The notes beneath the pieces are model-generated. The model was not told the DNA's origin and ran no database searches. It was given only the letters and a program-made list of their open reading frames with translations. A DNA stretch of 64,000 bases from a virus: the IMG/VR virus record IMGVR_UViG_3300036772_000557, positions 1-64,000 of that record, one strand, 5' to 3'. This document shows positions 32,361 through 41,773 of the stretch, in pieces. Made by a program: the position numbers and the translations under genes. Position 1 is the stretch's first letter; every line of letters begins with the position of its first letter.

Positions 32361-33311
32361 TCACACGAGTTGGTCGACCTGGAACGTACCCTTCCAAGTC
32401 GCGAATTGATCATTCGCGAATTGCTGATCGGTCGAGGCATATCCTGCGACGCTGGTGCGTTCCAGGTTGTAGGTATCATCGGGGAACGGCACTACCGCGA
32501 TCGGCGATGACTTGCCGTTGATTACTGCGAGGGCGAGCGGCCGCGAAAAAACCTGATCGCCGCGACCGACATAGATCCCATCCTGCAGCAGGAAATCGAC
32601 GCCGAGGCTGAGTCGCCGGCTGATCGGGCGTTTGACGACATAGGTCGAGCCGAAGGTGACCCGGGTCACGTCGGAAAGATCGATGGTCGAGATCGACCAG
32701 CCGTAGGACATATTGACCGGCGCTTGCCAGATCTCGCAGGCGCCGAGGAACCCGATCTGAACCGGGATGATGCTGCCGCTGACCGAGACGTTTATCGAGT
32801 TGGCGCTTACTGGAACCGGCGGTACAAAAAATCGCGGCCGACCGAGCGCATACCATTCGACGGCCGGATAGACGCCGTTTCCGTCGTTCGCCCAGGCCGG
32901 CACATTCCCGCTCGTGTAAGTCCCCGCGGTGACCGAGATCGTGGCGCTGACGTCGGCGATAAGATTCTGAATGTGGATGAGGCCGATCGTGCGCGTTGCG
33001 CCGAGATTGAGCGTGAAGCTGACACTGCCGCCACTCGCGATCGCGGTCAGCTGAGGTCGCGGGATAAGCATGTTGCTCGCTGGCGCGTTCGCCTGAAATC
33101 CACCTCCGGTGATGCTGGCTCCCGGTGCCTGGCCCCAATCGTAGTAGGACACGATGAGGTAGCGGTTCCCGCTGCCAAAGCTGGGGCCTGGCCCCGGCAG
33201 GGGGGGTGGCCCACCTGGCGGAGGTGGCGGCGGCGGCGGCGCCGATATGGTCGGTGGGGTGCCTGGCGGTGCTGGTGGCTGGCCTGGGGGGGTTGGCGGA
33301 CCAATCGGCAT
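32361..33311 (-). CDS. tail protein with Pro-rich N-terminus
   Basis: WQAPVNMSYGWS...RRLSL..FL distal-tail-like C-domain; MPIGPPTPP leader. Confidence 0.65.
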   Translation of the reverse strand: MPIGPPTPPGQPPAPPGTPPTISAPPPPPPPPGGPPPLPGPGPSFGSGNRYLIVSYYDWGQAPGASITGGGFQANAPASNMLIPRPQLTAIASGGSVSFTLNLGATRTIGLIHIQNLIADVSATISVTAGTYTSGNVPAWANDGNGVYPAVEWYALGRPRFFVPPVPVSANSINVSVSGSIIPVQIGFLGACEIWQAPVNMSYGWSISTIDLSDVTRVTFGSTYVVKRPISRRLSLGVDFLLQDGIYVGRGDQVFSRPLALAVINGKSSPIAVVPFPDDTYNLERTSVAGYASTDQQFANDQFATWKGTFQVDQLV

Positions 33312-33427
33312 TGCGTCGCACTGCCTCCGCCGCTAATGATGTGAGACCAGCCCATGCTGGGGGTAGGATCGCACCAGGGGAGAGGCTACGGCCTTTCCCC
33401 CCTTTTGCGGGGCTCAGAGCGCGTGTT

Positions 33428-34186
33428 TTACTGCGTCGCCTGGATCGTCACGTTTTCGATGGTGCCAGCCGCCGCGCCGACGCCCGGGCCCGACGGGTTG
33501 ATGATAAGGTTCGAGCCGCTGATCGCGTAGACCCCGCCGCCGTCGTTGTATGGCGCGGCAAACCCGAGCGTGCCGGTAAAGGTCGATCCGTCGCTCCAGG
33601 AAGCGGTGATCGTGCCGACCGTCGACCCGAGGGCCGCATTATCGACAATCGCAGGAGAAACGGGTGAGACCGAAACGCTGAGCGTGATGTCGCGCGTGAT
33701 CGCCTGCAGGCTCCAAAATGTCGCGGCGCACTGCGTGTCGGCGCATCCCATGAGCCATCTTGAGCCGTTCCATTTGGCGACTACAAAGGCGAGGTAAACC
33801 CAGGATCCGGAGAGATCTCCCGAAGACAGGCTGAGATCCGCAGTTGCCAAACCCGGATAAAAACTGCCGAAAAGCGCCTGAGAGGATGTGAGCGCGACTT
33901 GCGTCCAACTCGCTCCGTCGGTGCTGTAATAAGCAAATTTGTAGACGTATTCGGTGGTGTCGGTGGCTGAGCCTACCGTGAGGGTGGTAGCGGCCGTCGT
34001 GCAATCGACGCTGCCGAGCAGCGAGTTCGGCGGATTGAACAGGTCGTAAGCACCTGCCCAGCCCGCAGGGACGGGAAGGGACTTGGAATAATATTCGGTG
34101 CAGCTGCCGAGCGCATGAGCCGGTCCGGCGCCGAGGCTGATCGCTGCGATTAAAGCGGCGATGGCGGTGAGCGTCCGGAAACTCAT
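33428..34186 (-). CDS. signal-peptide protein with C-terminal cadherin-like domain
   Basis: MSFRTLTAIAALIAAISLGAGPAHA-; ...IVDNAALGSTVGTITASWSDGSTFTGTL. Confidence 0.7.
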   Translation of the reverse strand: MSFRTLTAIAALIAAISLGAGPAHALGSCTEYYSKSLPVPAGWAGAYDLFNPPNSLLGSVDCTTAATTLTVGSATDTTEYVYKFAYYSTDGASWTQVALTSSQALFGSFYPGLATADLSLSSGDLSGSWVYLAFVVAKWNGSRWLMGCADTQCAATFWSLQAITRDITLSVSVSPVSPAIVDNAALGSTVGTITASWSDGSTFTGTLGFAAPYNDGGGVYAISGSNLIINPSGPGVGAAAGTIENVTIQATQ

Positions 34187-34878
34187 GGGGCACCAATCGT
34201 CGTGACTTGCGCGGTGCCGTCGAGGCTCGGCGAGAGCGGCGCCGCGAGGACGACGTTGAAGCCGTCGATCCCGAATAATGGATTGCTCGAGGTTAATGTC
34301 CCCCCGTATGTAGATCCATCCGACATGTTCACCGTAGCGGTCGAAAGCACCGTCCCCGTTGGCGTGTTGTCGGGAACCGTCACGCCTGACGGGTTCAACG
34401 TTATTGATGTGGGAGTCGACGTGGTTCCCTGGCCGCCGACGGCAGCATAATAGGTATTGCCGCCCGCCACACTTACCGCGAGTGAGACCGATTGCGCAGC
34501 GGTACTGCTCGGAGTGAACGTCACGGTGACTCGGCATGTGGCCGCAGGAGGCGGGGGCGGGGGCGACGGCGGTGGCGTAACAGGGGCTCCCGGAGCGAGC
34601 GAGCCGGCGCAGTCGTTCGTCTGGGAAAAATCAGCCGTGTTGCCGCCGGTGAATGCGATTCCGAAAGAGATCGTCGATGTTCCGTCATTGGTCACATTGA
34701 TGGTTTGGGAACTCGCGGTGCCGACGCCTATCGTAGGAAAGGTCAGAAACGCTGGGCTGAAGGTGACCGTGTTTCCGATCGAGACCGCGACGTTCACCGT
34801 GGCTGTCGTCGCGGCAAGGAGCGTGCTGCTCGCCAGCAAGGCGCCCATCAAGAACGGCAGAAGGAATCTCTTGTGCAT
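34183..34878 (-). CDS. signal-peptide protein with ASH/choice-of-anchor-D Ig-like and cadherin-like domains
   Basis: MHKRFLLPFLMGALLASSTLLA-; LTFPTIGVGTASSQTINVTNDG...DFSQTNDCAGSLAPG...C.VTVTFTPS. Confidence 0.75.
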   Translation of the reverse strand: MHKRFLLPFLMGALLASSTLLAATTATVNVAVSIGNTVTFSPAFLTFPTIGVGTASSQTINVTNDGTSTISFGIAFTGGNTADFSQTNDCAGSLAPGAPVTPPPSPPPPPPAATCRVTVTFTPSSTAAQSVSLAVSVAGGNTYYAAVGGQGTTSTPTSITLNPSGVTVPDNTPTGTVLSTATVNMSDGSTYGGTLTSSNPLFGIDGFNVVLAAPLSPSLDGTAQVTTIGAP

Positions 34879-34944
34879 AAAAGAGGCTCCTTCCCAAAGG
34901 CCCAACACGAACGAAAGAAACGAATTAAACGAATAAAGCCCTCA

Positions 34945-37665
34945 TCAAGCCGACGGCGGCGCCAAAGCGCTGGTCGGGTTGTATGGTGTGACTGTCGATC
35001 CGGTGCTCTGCCAGTAGGCGACGTCAGCCGCGGTGAGATCGCCGACATAGCCGGGCACGTTCGGATCGATCGCGGCGGTTGGCTGAATGATTTGATAAAG
35101 GCTGGCCCCGGGCCTCGGCGTCGGCAGGGTGCCTGCATATGGGGTCACGGTGACCCCCGTGAGGCCTTGCCAATAGGCAAGATTGGCCGGCGTAAGATCC
35201 CCGACATAGGTTGGCCCGGTCGGCTGAGTGATGAAATACAGCGCCGTCGCTGGGCTTATCGTGATCGTTTCGGTGGCCGAGCCGGTTTGCCCGGCCTCCG
35301 TCGCGGCGACGGAGAAGGCGGCCCCGGGGTCGACCGTAGCCAGGTTGCGGCTGAGCACGAGATAGGTGGTGACCCCGAGGGGCAGGCCGGTCGGAGCCGT
35401 GTACGGGACGATGTTTGAACCGGTGCCCTGCCACCAGGCGACATCTGCCGCTGTCAAATCGCCGATATAGGCTGGCGCGCCGGGCTGGGGCTGGGTGATC
35501 TTATAGAGCGCCGCCCCCGGCCGCGGCGTCGGCAGGGTGCCGTTAAAAGGGGTGACCGTCGCGCTGGTGAGCTGCCACCATAGCAGGTTGCGCGGGGACA
35601 GCGCGCTAACGTAGGCCGGGCCGATTGGCTGGGTGATGCTGTAGAGGGCGGTGCCAGGCGGTGTGGTCAGGACCGGGACGGCGCTGCTGGCAGTCAGGTA
35701 ATTGGTTGACCCGGCGAAAGATACCGACAGCGTCCCGGTAAATGCTGACCCGTCGCTCATGCGGACCGAGACCGACGCGATGACTGTCCCGGCCGTCGAA
35801 TTGGCCGCAATAGACACAGTCGCGGGCGTGAGGAGCACGCTCGGCACCGGAAGCCTCGCGGGGGGTGGCGGCGTCGTACCACCGCCGCCGGCGCCGGGAC
35901 CACCGCCGCCGGTAGGCGGAGGCGGCGGCGTCATATAAGGCGGTGGCAAGGGCAGCGGGGTAGGCGCTGCGGGCACTGTGCCGAGGACCCCCCATAACTG
36001 CAATGTGGCCGGACCGCCACCGATGGCGCGAATCGCCGAGACGATGCGGAACGTCCCGGTGACCATCATGTAATCGAGCTCGACCGTGTCGTAGAGGATG
36101 ATGTCTTCGGGGCGCATCCACGCGGTCACATCAAACACGGTGCGGTTGCCGCCCCATGCCGCGATCAGCCGCGTCTGCTCGTTGGCGGCATCGGTCGGCA
36201 AGGGGCTGGTGCCAGCGAGGAGCGGGACATCCACCGCCCGGGGCTCGAGGGCGAGCGCGTTGGGGTTCTCGTAGTGCGGCTCGTAGACCAGGCCCGGCGC
36301 CGACCATTTTGCAATGTCGGTTTGCAGCACAGCGTCGTCGAAGGAGCTCTCGGGTTGCCAGTTGCGCTGCGAGCCCACGCGGAGCCGCCACGCGAGGGGC
36401 TGGATCGTATTGAGCGCGATGCTGGCGATCTCGACTTCGGTCAGCTTGTAGCTAGCCGTGACGGCCGGCGCCGCAATCGCCGCTCCCGTCGCCCGGCCGA
36501 GCGGGTTGAACCCCCACCAACACCCGGCCGCGTTCACAAAATCATCGATTGCGGCGAGGCGATTGACCGGTGTCGTAGTCGTGACGAGGCTGGCCAGTTG
36601 GTTTGCGGTCGCAAGATCGAGCGCGGCCAGAGCCGTCGCGTCGACCAGGCCGCCCGCGAACTGGACGACCGCCGTGATCAATTGGCCGACCGTGTAGGAC
36701 GCGGCCACCCCGTCCGCCCGAACATCCTGCCCTTGTGGCGGCGAGCCGAGCTGGATGCGCTGCGGGACGCCCGCGATCGAGATTGGCGACCATTGCCCAG
36801 GCTGGGGCGGCGCGATCACCTCCGTCCACGGCACGCCGCCGACCCTGACCTCATTGATCGTGGTGAGACCTTGCGGCAGCGATTGCAGTTCGTAGAGTTG
36901 CTGTGTCTCATCGACAATGACTGGCTGCGCCGAAAAGAACGCGCCCCGCGCCGTCGGCTTGGGCTTGCCTTGCAGCGCGACCGGAAACGTCACATCGTAA
37001 AAATTGGTGACCAGCGGGTTGTCGATGTCGAGGCTGGCGTCGGTCGTCTGGACCGTCGCGACGAGCGTGTCGTGGGTCAGCCCGAGGATGCGTCCGACAT
37101 AGACCGGGACCATGTCGGCGTCGACATCAGCGACGGGGACCAAAGGGTTCGGCGGGGTGCCCTCGTAGACCCGGAAGGTTCGACCGATCCAATGGTAGGC
37201 CGTCCATATCCAGATCGACTCGTCGATGTGGAACTGGATCGCGCCGCGGTTCGGCTGCGTGCGGACTGGCTGGCCGTAATCAGTGACGGTGATCGCGGCG
37301 CCGAGTTGGATCGGTAATCCGGTGAGGCGCGGGGAATATTCAAAGAGCGCGCCGCCGAGCGTGCGAGTGACGGTGCCGCGGTTGCAGAGCATAAGGGTGA
37401 CCAGCGTGCCGCTATCGTCGAGAACATCGAATTCAACCGCGACATATGGACTGACGCGCGGTGGCGGTGGCGGCGATCGCGGCGCCGCTGGCGGGGGTGC
37501 TGGCAGCGACGGTGGGGGCGCCGGCAGCGGAGGCGGTGGCGCCGGCACGGGTGGCGGCGCGGTCGGTGGCGCTGGCGTAGGCGCTGGCGTCGGCGTCGAC
37601 TCGGGTGGTGGTGCGCCCGGCAGTGCTGGCGGCTGGGATGGTGGGGTTGGTGGGCCAATCGGCAT
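34945..37665 (-). CDS. large tail tip / host-specificity protein (906 aa)
   Basis: LQGKPKPTARG...PV.VD tail-hub pattern; Pro-rich N-terminus; four C-terminal YVGDLT..WWQ repeats. Confidence 0.75.
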   Translation of the reverse strand: MPIGPPTPPSQPPALPGAPPPESTPTPAPTPAPPTAPPPVPAPPPPLPAPPPSLPAPPPAAPRSPPPPPRVSPYVAVEFDVLDDSGTLVTLMLCNRGTVTRTLGGALFEYSPRLTGLPIQLGAAITVTDYGQPVRTQPNRGAIQFHIDESIWIWTAYHWIGRTFRVYEGTPPNPLVPVADVDADMVPVYVGRILGLTHDTLVATVQTTDASLDIDNPLVTNFYDVTFPVALQGKPKPTARGAFFSAQPVIVDETQQLYELQSLPQGLTTINEVRVGGVPWTEVIAPPQPGQWSPISIAGVPQRIQLGSPPQGQDVRADGVAASYTVGQLITAVVQFAGGLVDATALAALDLATANQLASLVTTTTPVNRLAAIDDFVNAAGCWWGFNPLGRATGAAIAAPAVTASYKLTEVEIASIALNTIQPLAWRLRVGSQRNWQPESSFDDAVLQTDIAKWSAPGLVYEPHYENPNALALEPRAVDVPLLAGTSPLPTDAANEQTRLIAAWGGNRTVFDVTAWMRPEDIILYDTVELDYMMVTGTFRIVSAIRAIGGGPATLQLWGVLGTVPAAPTPLPLPPPYMTPPPPPTGGGGPGAGGGGTTPPPPARLPVPSVLLTPATVSIAANSTAGTVIASVSVRMSDGSAFTGTLSVSFAGSTNYLTASSAVPVLTTPPGTALYSITQPIGPAYVSALSPRNLLWWQLTSATVTPFNGTLPTPRPGAALYKITQPQPGAPAYIGDLTAADVAWWQGTGSNIVPYTAPTGLPLGVTTYLVLSRNLATVDPGAAFSVAATEAGQTGSATETITISPATALYFITQPTGPTYVGDLTPANLAYWQGLTGVTVTPYAGTLPTPRPGASLYQIIQPTAAIDPNVPGYVGDLTAADVAYWQSTGSTVTPYNPTSALAPPSA

Positions 37666-37735
37666 AGATCGGCCTCCGCCACAGCCGTCGCCTTGCCGGG
37701 ATTTGCTAAATTGCGCAAAAAGCGCAAACTGAAAG

Positions 37736-37807
37736 AGCGTCGAATTCGACGCTGTTTGGGGTGGTACCCCGCGCGGGGTTTAAATACGTTTAAATACGTT
37801 TAAATAC
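37736..37807. repeat. 18-bp perfect palindrome and 3x10-bp tandem repeat
   Basis: AGCGTCGAATTCGACGCT 37736-37753; (GTTTAAATAC)x3 37778-37807. Confidence 0.9.
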
Positions 37808-39347
37808 GGTCGATCGCGTCAATCACTACAAGCAAATCGGTACCGCCTCCGCTATCGCCGACGAACCCGGTGTAAGGGTTGGAATAAACCCAAACCGCGG
37901 TGCCATCCATGGTGGTGGCGCCTATGCCAGACGTGTTCCAGGCCGGCTCTGTCAGGCCTGTCACCCCAGTGGTGAAAAGGCCGAACACAGATGAGCGCGC
38001 GCTGTCTGTTATCACCGTCCCCCGGTTGACGAAGTGGCTTCCCCCAATCGTAGGCTCGGTCCAGCTCGGCGGTCTGGTATAAAACGGCGCGACATAAAAG
38101 CTCGTGCCGACATATTCCCAGGTAACTGTATGATCGACGGTCGATGCGCCGACTGCGCTCGTGTCCCAGATGGGTTCCACGGAGCCCGTATTACCTGTCT
38201 TGGTACAAGCAAAGATATGTAAGCGGCTGGCGTCGGTGACAAAGATGGACGTGCTCAAGATTCCTTGCCCCCCGCCGTAGACCCGCCAGAGCGGCGGATT
38301 GTTCGAGGGAAAATCTAGCGGCGGCCCGGTGTTCCCAGCTGCCGCAATGTCGCCGGCCGAATTGAGGTCGATCGTGAAGATCATGTATTGATTGAGATTG
38401 AAGAAGAGACCTCCCAGCGCAGGGAATAACCCTGAAAATACGGGGTTAGGATAGAGTTGCACGGCATCGGCGCCGAGCGGCTTATAGGCGCGATCGGGTG
38501 TCACATAACAAATGAATACGGTGCTTTGGTCGCCCTGCGTGGCCACAGGAAAGGATGGAAGCGAGCTGCCGGCAGTAGATATTTGAGATGCCGGCAGCCC
38601 TGGATCGGCGTCAAAGTCACCGGCGTTTTGCAGCGACCATACGGTGACGTGCGGGACGAATGCGGAGCTGCTGAATACGGCGGTGACCTGCAGCGTCGTG
38701 CCGGCGGCGAGGCCGCTGCAATCGGCCCACCAAGTCTCGAAATTAATTCCCTGATTGCCGCCGAGATCAGTCGAAAACAGTGACGCGGTGTAGGCGCTGC
38801 GCTGGTGCCACGTCAGCCCTTGCGTGTCCGACACACCTGTCACTGTCGGTGCCGTGGATCCAGCGGGAGGCAAGCCTTCGGTGTAGATAAAACACAGGAG
38901 CCGGGTAGGAGTTTTGAAATTGCCGATCCCGAAATCCACTGTATTTAGGCGGATGGTCAAGGTCGCCGTGGTCAGCGATGATGCGATCGGGCCAGGTGGA
39001 GGATCCGTCGATGCGTCCTGACCTGCATCAACCCTGTCCCACCATTTGATCCGGTAGGATTTTTGGAGCGGATTGGTGCACAGGCACACGACCACCCAAT
39101 CGTTATTAGCCCCATCGGCTAATAGGTGAGCGCTCCCACCGGAGTCCCGCATGCCAAGGCTGGGTAGGCCACCGATGGTTCCGCTATTGGGAAAGATGGT
39201 ATGGAAGTCGCCGTTGTTCTCTGTGGTCTTGACGACGAGTTCGTAGCCATTGCACGTATTCGCCGCTGGTATAACGGTTGTTTTACGCCCTAAATCGGTC
39301 GACCGCCACACTACCGCTGTTTCGGGCTTGGTGAGCCTTACTGTCAT
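37800..39347 (-). CDS. tail fibre / receptor-binding protein
   Basis: Two TG.TG..EP.W.TS..GA.T.D.T..W.Y carbohydrate-binding-like motifs; N-terminus paralogous to upstream 96-aa gene. Confidence 0.65.
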   Translation of the reverse strand: MTVRLTKPETAVVWRSTDLGRKTTVIPAANTCNGYELVVKTTENNGDFHTIFPNSGTIGGLPSLGMRDSGGSAHLLADGANNDWVVVCLCTNPLQKSYRIKWWDRVDAGQDASTDPPPGPIASSLTTATLTIRLNTVDFGIGNFKTPTRLLCFIYTEGLPPAGSTAPTVTGVSDTQGLTWHQRSAYTASLFSTDLGGNQGINFETWWADCSGLAAGTTLQVTAVFSSSAFVPHVTVWSLQNAGDFDADPGLPASQISTAGSSLPSFPVATQGDQSTVFICYVTPDRAYKPLGADAVQLYPNPVFSGLFPALGGLFFNLNQYMIFTIDLNSAGDIAAAGNTGPPLDFPSNNPPLWRVYGGGQGILSTSIFVTDASRLHIFACTKTGNTGSVEPIWDTSAVGASTVDHTVTWEYVGTSFYVAPFYTRPPSWTEPTIGGSHFVNRGTVITDSARSSVFGLFTTGVTGLTEPAWNTSGIGATTMDGTAVWVYSNPYTGFVGDSGGGTDLLVVIDAIDRI

Positions 39348-39634
39348 ACCCTGGTGTTTCCGCAGAGACAGACCACGATCCAGTCGGTGTGCGCGGCGTC
39401 GCTTAACAGGCTGAGGCTACCGCCTCGGTCGATAAAGCTGTAGGACGAGACACCTTCGATCGTCCCAGACGTCGGGGTCACCGTGTGTGTGTCTCCGTTA
39501 TTTCGCGGGGTGATGACGTCGAGGGCGTAGCCTTTGTTAGCCGAGGAGGAACCGGGGATCGACGTGCTTTTGGCGCCGGCGGCGGCCGACCTCCAGACCA
39601 CGGCGGTTTTTACCTTCGATAGAGCTACCGTCAT
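39344..39634 (-). CDS. tail fibre module protein
   Basis: TAVVWRS...GY.L.V...NNGD.HT..P.SGTI.G...GGS..LL.D....DW.VVCLC shared with 37800-39347. Confidence 0.65.
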   Translation of the reverse strand: MTVALSKVKTAVVWRSAAAGAKSTSIPGSSSANKGYALDVITPRNNGDTHTVTPTSGTIEGVSSYSFIDRGGSLSLLSDAAHTDWIVVCLCGNTRV

Positions 39635-40164
39635 ACGGATGTGCCGGAATTGACGTCCTGCATATCCCAGGTGTCGTCATCAGTGCCGCTGCCGCTGCCC
39701 GAGGTGATTGTCGCTGGGCACCATTCGCCGGTCGCCGCGTCGTAAGCCAGGACCTGCCCGTTGGTCGGCGCCGTATTACACAGCGCCAGCCCCTGTACGA
39801 GGGCATGCACGAGAACGCGAGTGCGGCCGCTCCAGTTGATCGGGTTGTTGCCGTTGCTGGATCCGAGAATGATCATCCGGCTGAGAGTGCCGGCGGCAGC
39901 ATTGAAGGAGCCGATGACGTATTCGGTATTAGAGCTGTGGTCAGATGCCCGATAGACTACGGTCGCGCCGTCGCCATAAGAAGCGCTGAACGTCTTCCAG
40001 CTGCCAACCGCGCCCGCCAGCATGTAAGGCCCGGTCCCTGTGGAGTAGCTGTATTCGTAGACGACAGCGGAGTCGGCGAGCGGCGGGATCTTGGCGCCCG
40101 GAACCGGCGTGGTCGCCGCCGGCGCAATCGCAGCACTGCCGACGGGAGGATCGAGAACAGCCAT
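39631..40164 (-). CDS. tail fibre anchor-domain protein
   Basis: STGTGPYMLAGAVGSWKTF...GTLSR..ILGSSNGNNPINW; APTNGQVLAYDAATGEW.PAT. Confidence 0.7.
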   Translation of the reverse strand: MAVLDPPVGSAAIAPAATTPVPGAKIPPLADSAVVYEYSYSTGTGPYMLAGAVGSWKTFSASYGDGATVVYRASDHSSNTEYVIGSFNAAAGTLSRMIILGSSNGNNPINWSGRTRVLVHALVQGLALCNTAPTNGQVLAYDAATGEWCPATITSGSGSGTDDDTWDMQDVNSGTSV

Positions 40165-40166
40165 GG

Positions 40167-40640
40167 TTACTGACTGACGTCCAGAAGCATCAGGGAACCC
40201 GGGACGCCGCCAGCGCCCGCGACGCCATCGATCACTGCATACGAATTGAGCTTGGAAGCAAACTCGCCTTGCGATAGCACGGCATAGCCGTTCAGTTTTG
40301 ATGCTTTCTCGTCACCACCCAGCACGGCATAACTATTGATCTTAGAAGCATTTTCGGCTCCGATAGGCTGCATCACGGCATATCCGTTTAGCTTGGAAAG
40401 GTACTCTCCCTGCCCCAGCACAGCGTAGCCATTAATCTTCGAGGCACGCTCATCAATCGCGTTCAGAACGGCGGACCCCATGATCTTCGACGCGCGCTCA
40501 TCAATCGGCTGCAGGACCGCATAGCTAGTGATCTTCGATGCGCACTCTGCTGCGCTACAGACGGCTTCTGCCGGATTGCTGTGTATGATGGCGGCGAGCA
40601 AGGGCCCGGCCAGCAGTGCGCGACGCAGCCACACTGACAT
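40167..40640 (-). CDS. signal-peptide protein with seven ASK(I/L)NxYAV(L) repeats
   Basis: MSVWLRRALLAGPLLAAIIHSNPAEA-; 15-17-aa repeats. Confidence 0.7.
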   Translation of the reverse strand: MSVWLRRALLAGPLLAAIIHSNPAEAVCSAAECASKITSYAVLQPIDERASKIMGSAVLNAIDERASKINGYAVLGQGEYLSKLNGYAVMQPIGAENASKINSYAVLGGDEKASKLNGYAVLSQGEFASKLNSYAVIDGVAGAGGVPGSLMLLDVSQ

Positions 40641-40655
40641 ATCTTGTGCTCGTGG

Positions 40656-41762
40656 TTACGGCGTGCTCTCGATGCCGAGATTAAAGCCGCTCGCGACATC
40701 CGTGATCGCCCACGCAGCCGAGGTGTGCGGGTTTGTCGCCCAGATCTGATTAGAGAAATTGGCGAAGGCTCCGACCGTCGGCGTGACCGTACCGGTCACA
40801 TGATCGGATCCATCCTTGGTTCTTACCAGCCATTCGAAGGTTTGCGGCCCGGTCGTGCTCGTCTCGACCCGGGCCTCCTGTACGATCGCCAGCAAATTCC
40901 ATGTTCCGGTCGGCGTGCTTGTGGGCGTCGTCCATTCGCTTAGCTGGCTCGACGAGGTGCTGCTGACGAAATTCGAATCAGTGATCGCCGTCGGATTGAC
41001 GTTGCCGACGGTGTTCGGGGTCCAAGATTGTGTGTTCCCCGCTGCCTGCGGTGACAGGGTCCACAGCGCCATGCCGCGCGTATCGCTGTCGGCGACGATG
41101 ACCTCTGACCATTGTGTGGCTGTCACCGTGCTGCCTTGGTTATTAAGGCTAGCTAACTCGACTTGATTGAGTTGGGTCGCCGCATCGGTACAGATGCTAG
41201 CGCCAGTGAAGGTTATGACCTGCGTGCCCGCGAGATACAGGTTCACCTGATCGCCGGCCGTGCACCCGTACACGATCTGCAGATCGATCGATGTGGTTGC
41301 CGTCGTAAGGTTGCCCGACGCGGTCGCCAGATCGGTGATGGTCCCGGCGGCGTTCCTCTTCGATACCTTCAGCTGTCCATTCGTACCCGTCTGCCGAACA
41401 ACGATACGAGAAACCCCATCCGGGCTCCGGAAAAGGATGCCCTGCTCGTTGGCCGTCGTGGTGATACCGCCGTTGTTTTCGTTCACCTCTGCGTGAAACC
41501 ACAGCGACGAGTTCGAAGTGAATGTCGGGGCCTGCATCCGGTTCGCCGGCGGGTCGGCGACCGTGGTGCTATTCTGTGTGGCGATGGAAGCCCTGGCGTA
41601 CGAGCTCCGAAACTCGGAGGAAGTCCGCACGCCAATGGCCGCACCTACGGCAGTAAAGCTGGTGTCCTCTCCTCCCGCGAAATATACGGTGACCGCGTTT
41701 GCGGCCGCTATCGGCAGCGTAAGAGCAGCTACTAGAATAAGGGCCTTCAACCCGCGCAGCAT
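40656..41762 (-). CDS. virion-like protein with signal peptide
   Basis: MLRGLKALILVAALTLPIAAANA-VTVYFAGGED...; C-terminal WATNPHTSAAWAITDV....GIES typical of phage structural proteins. Confidence 0.7.
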   Translation of the reverse strand: MLRGLKALILVAALTLPIAAANAVTVYFAGGEDTSFTAVGAAIGVRTSSEFRSSYARASIATQNSTTVADPPANRMQAPTFTSNSSLWFHAEVNENNGGITTTANEQGILFRSPDGVSRIVVRQTGTNGQLKVSKRNAAGTITDLATASGNLTTATTSIDLQIVYGCTAGDQVNLYLAGTQVITFTGASICTDAATQLNQVELASLNNQGSTVTATQWSEVIVADSDTRGMALWTLSPQAAGNTQSWTPNTVGNVNPTAITDSNFVSSTSSSQLSEWTTPTSTPTGTWNLLAIVQEARVETSTTGPQTFEWLVRTKDGSDHVTGTVTPTVGAFANFSNQIWATNPHTSAAWAITDVASGFNLGIESTP

Positions 41763-41773
41763 TAGCAAGGCTC

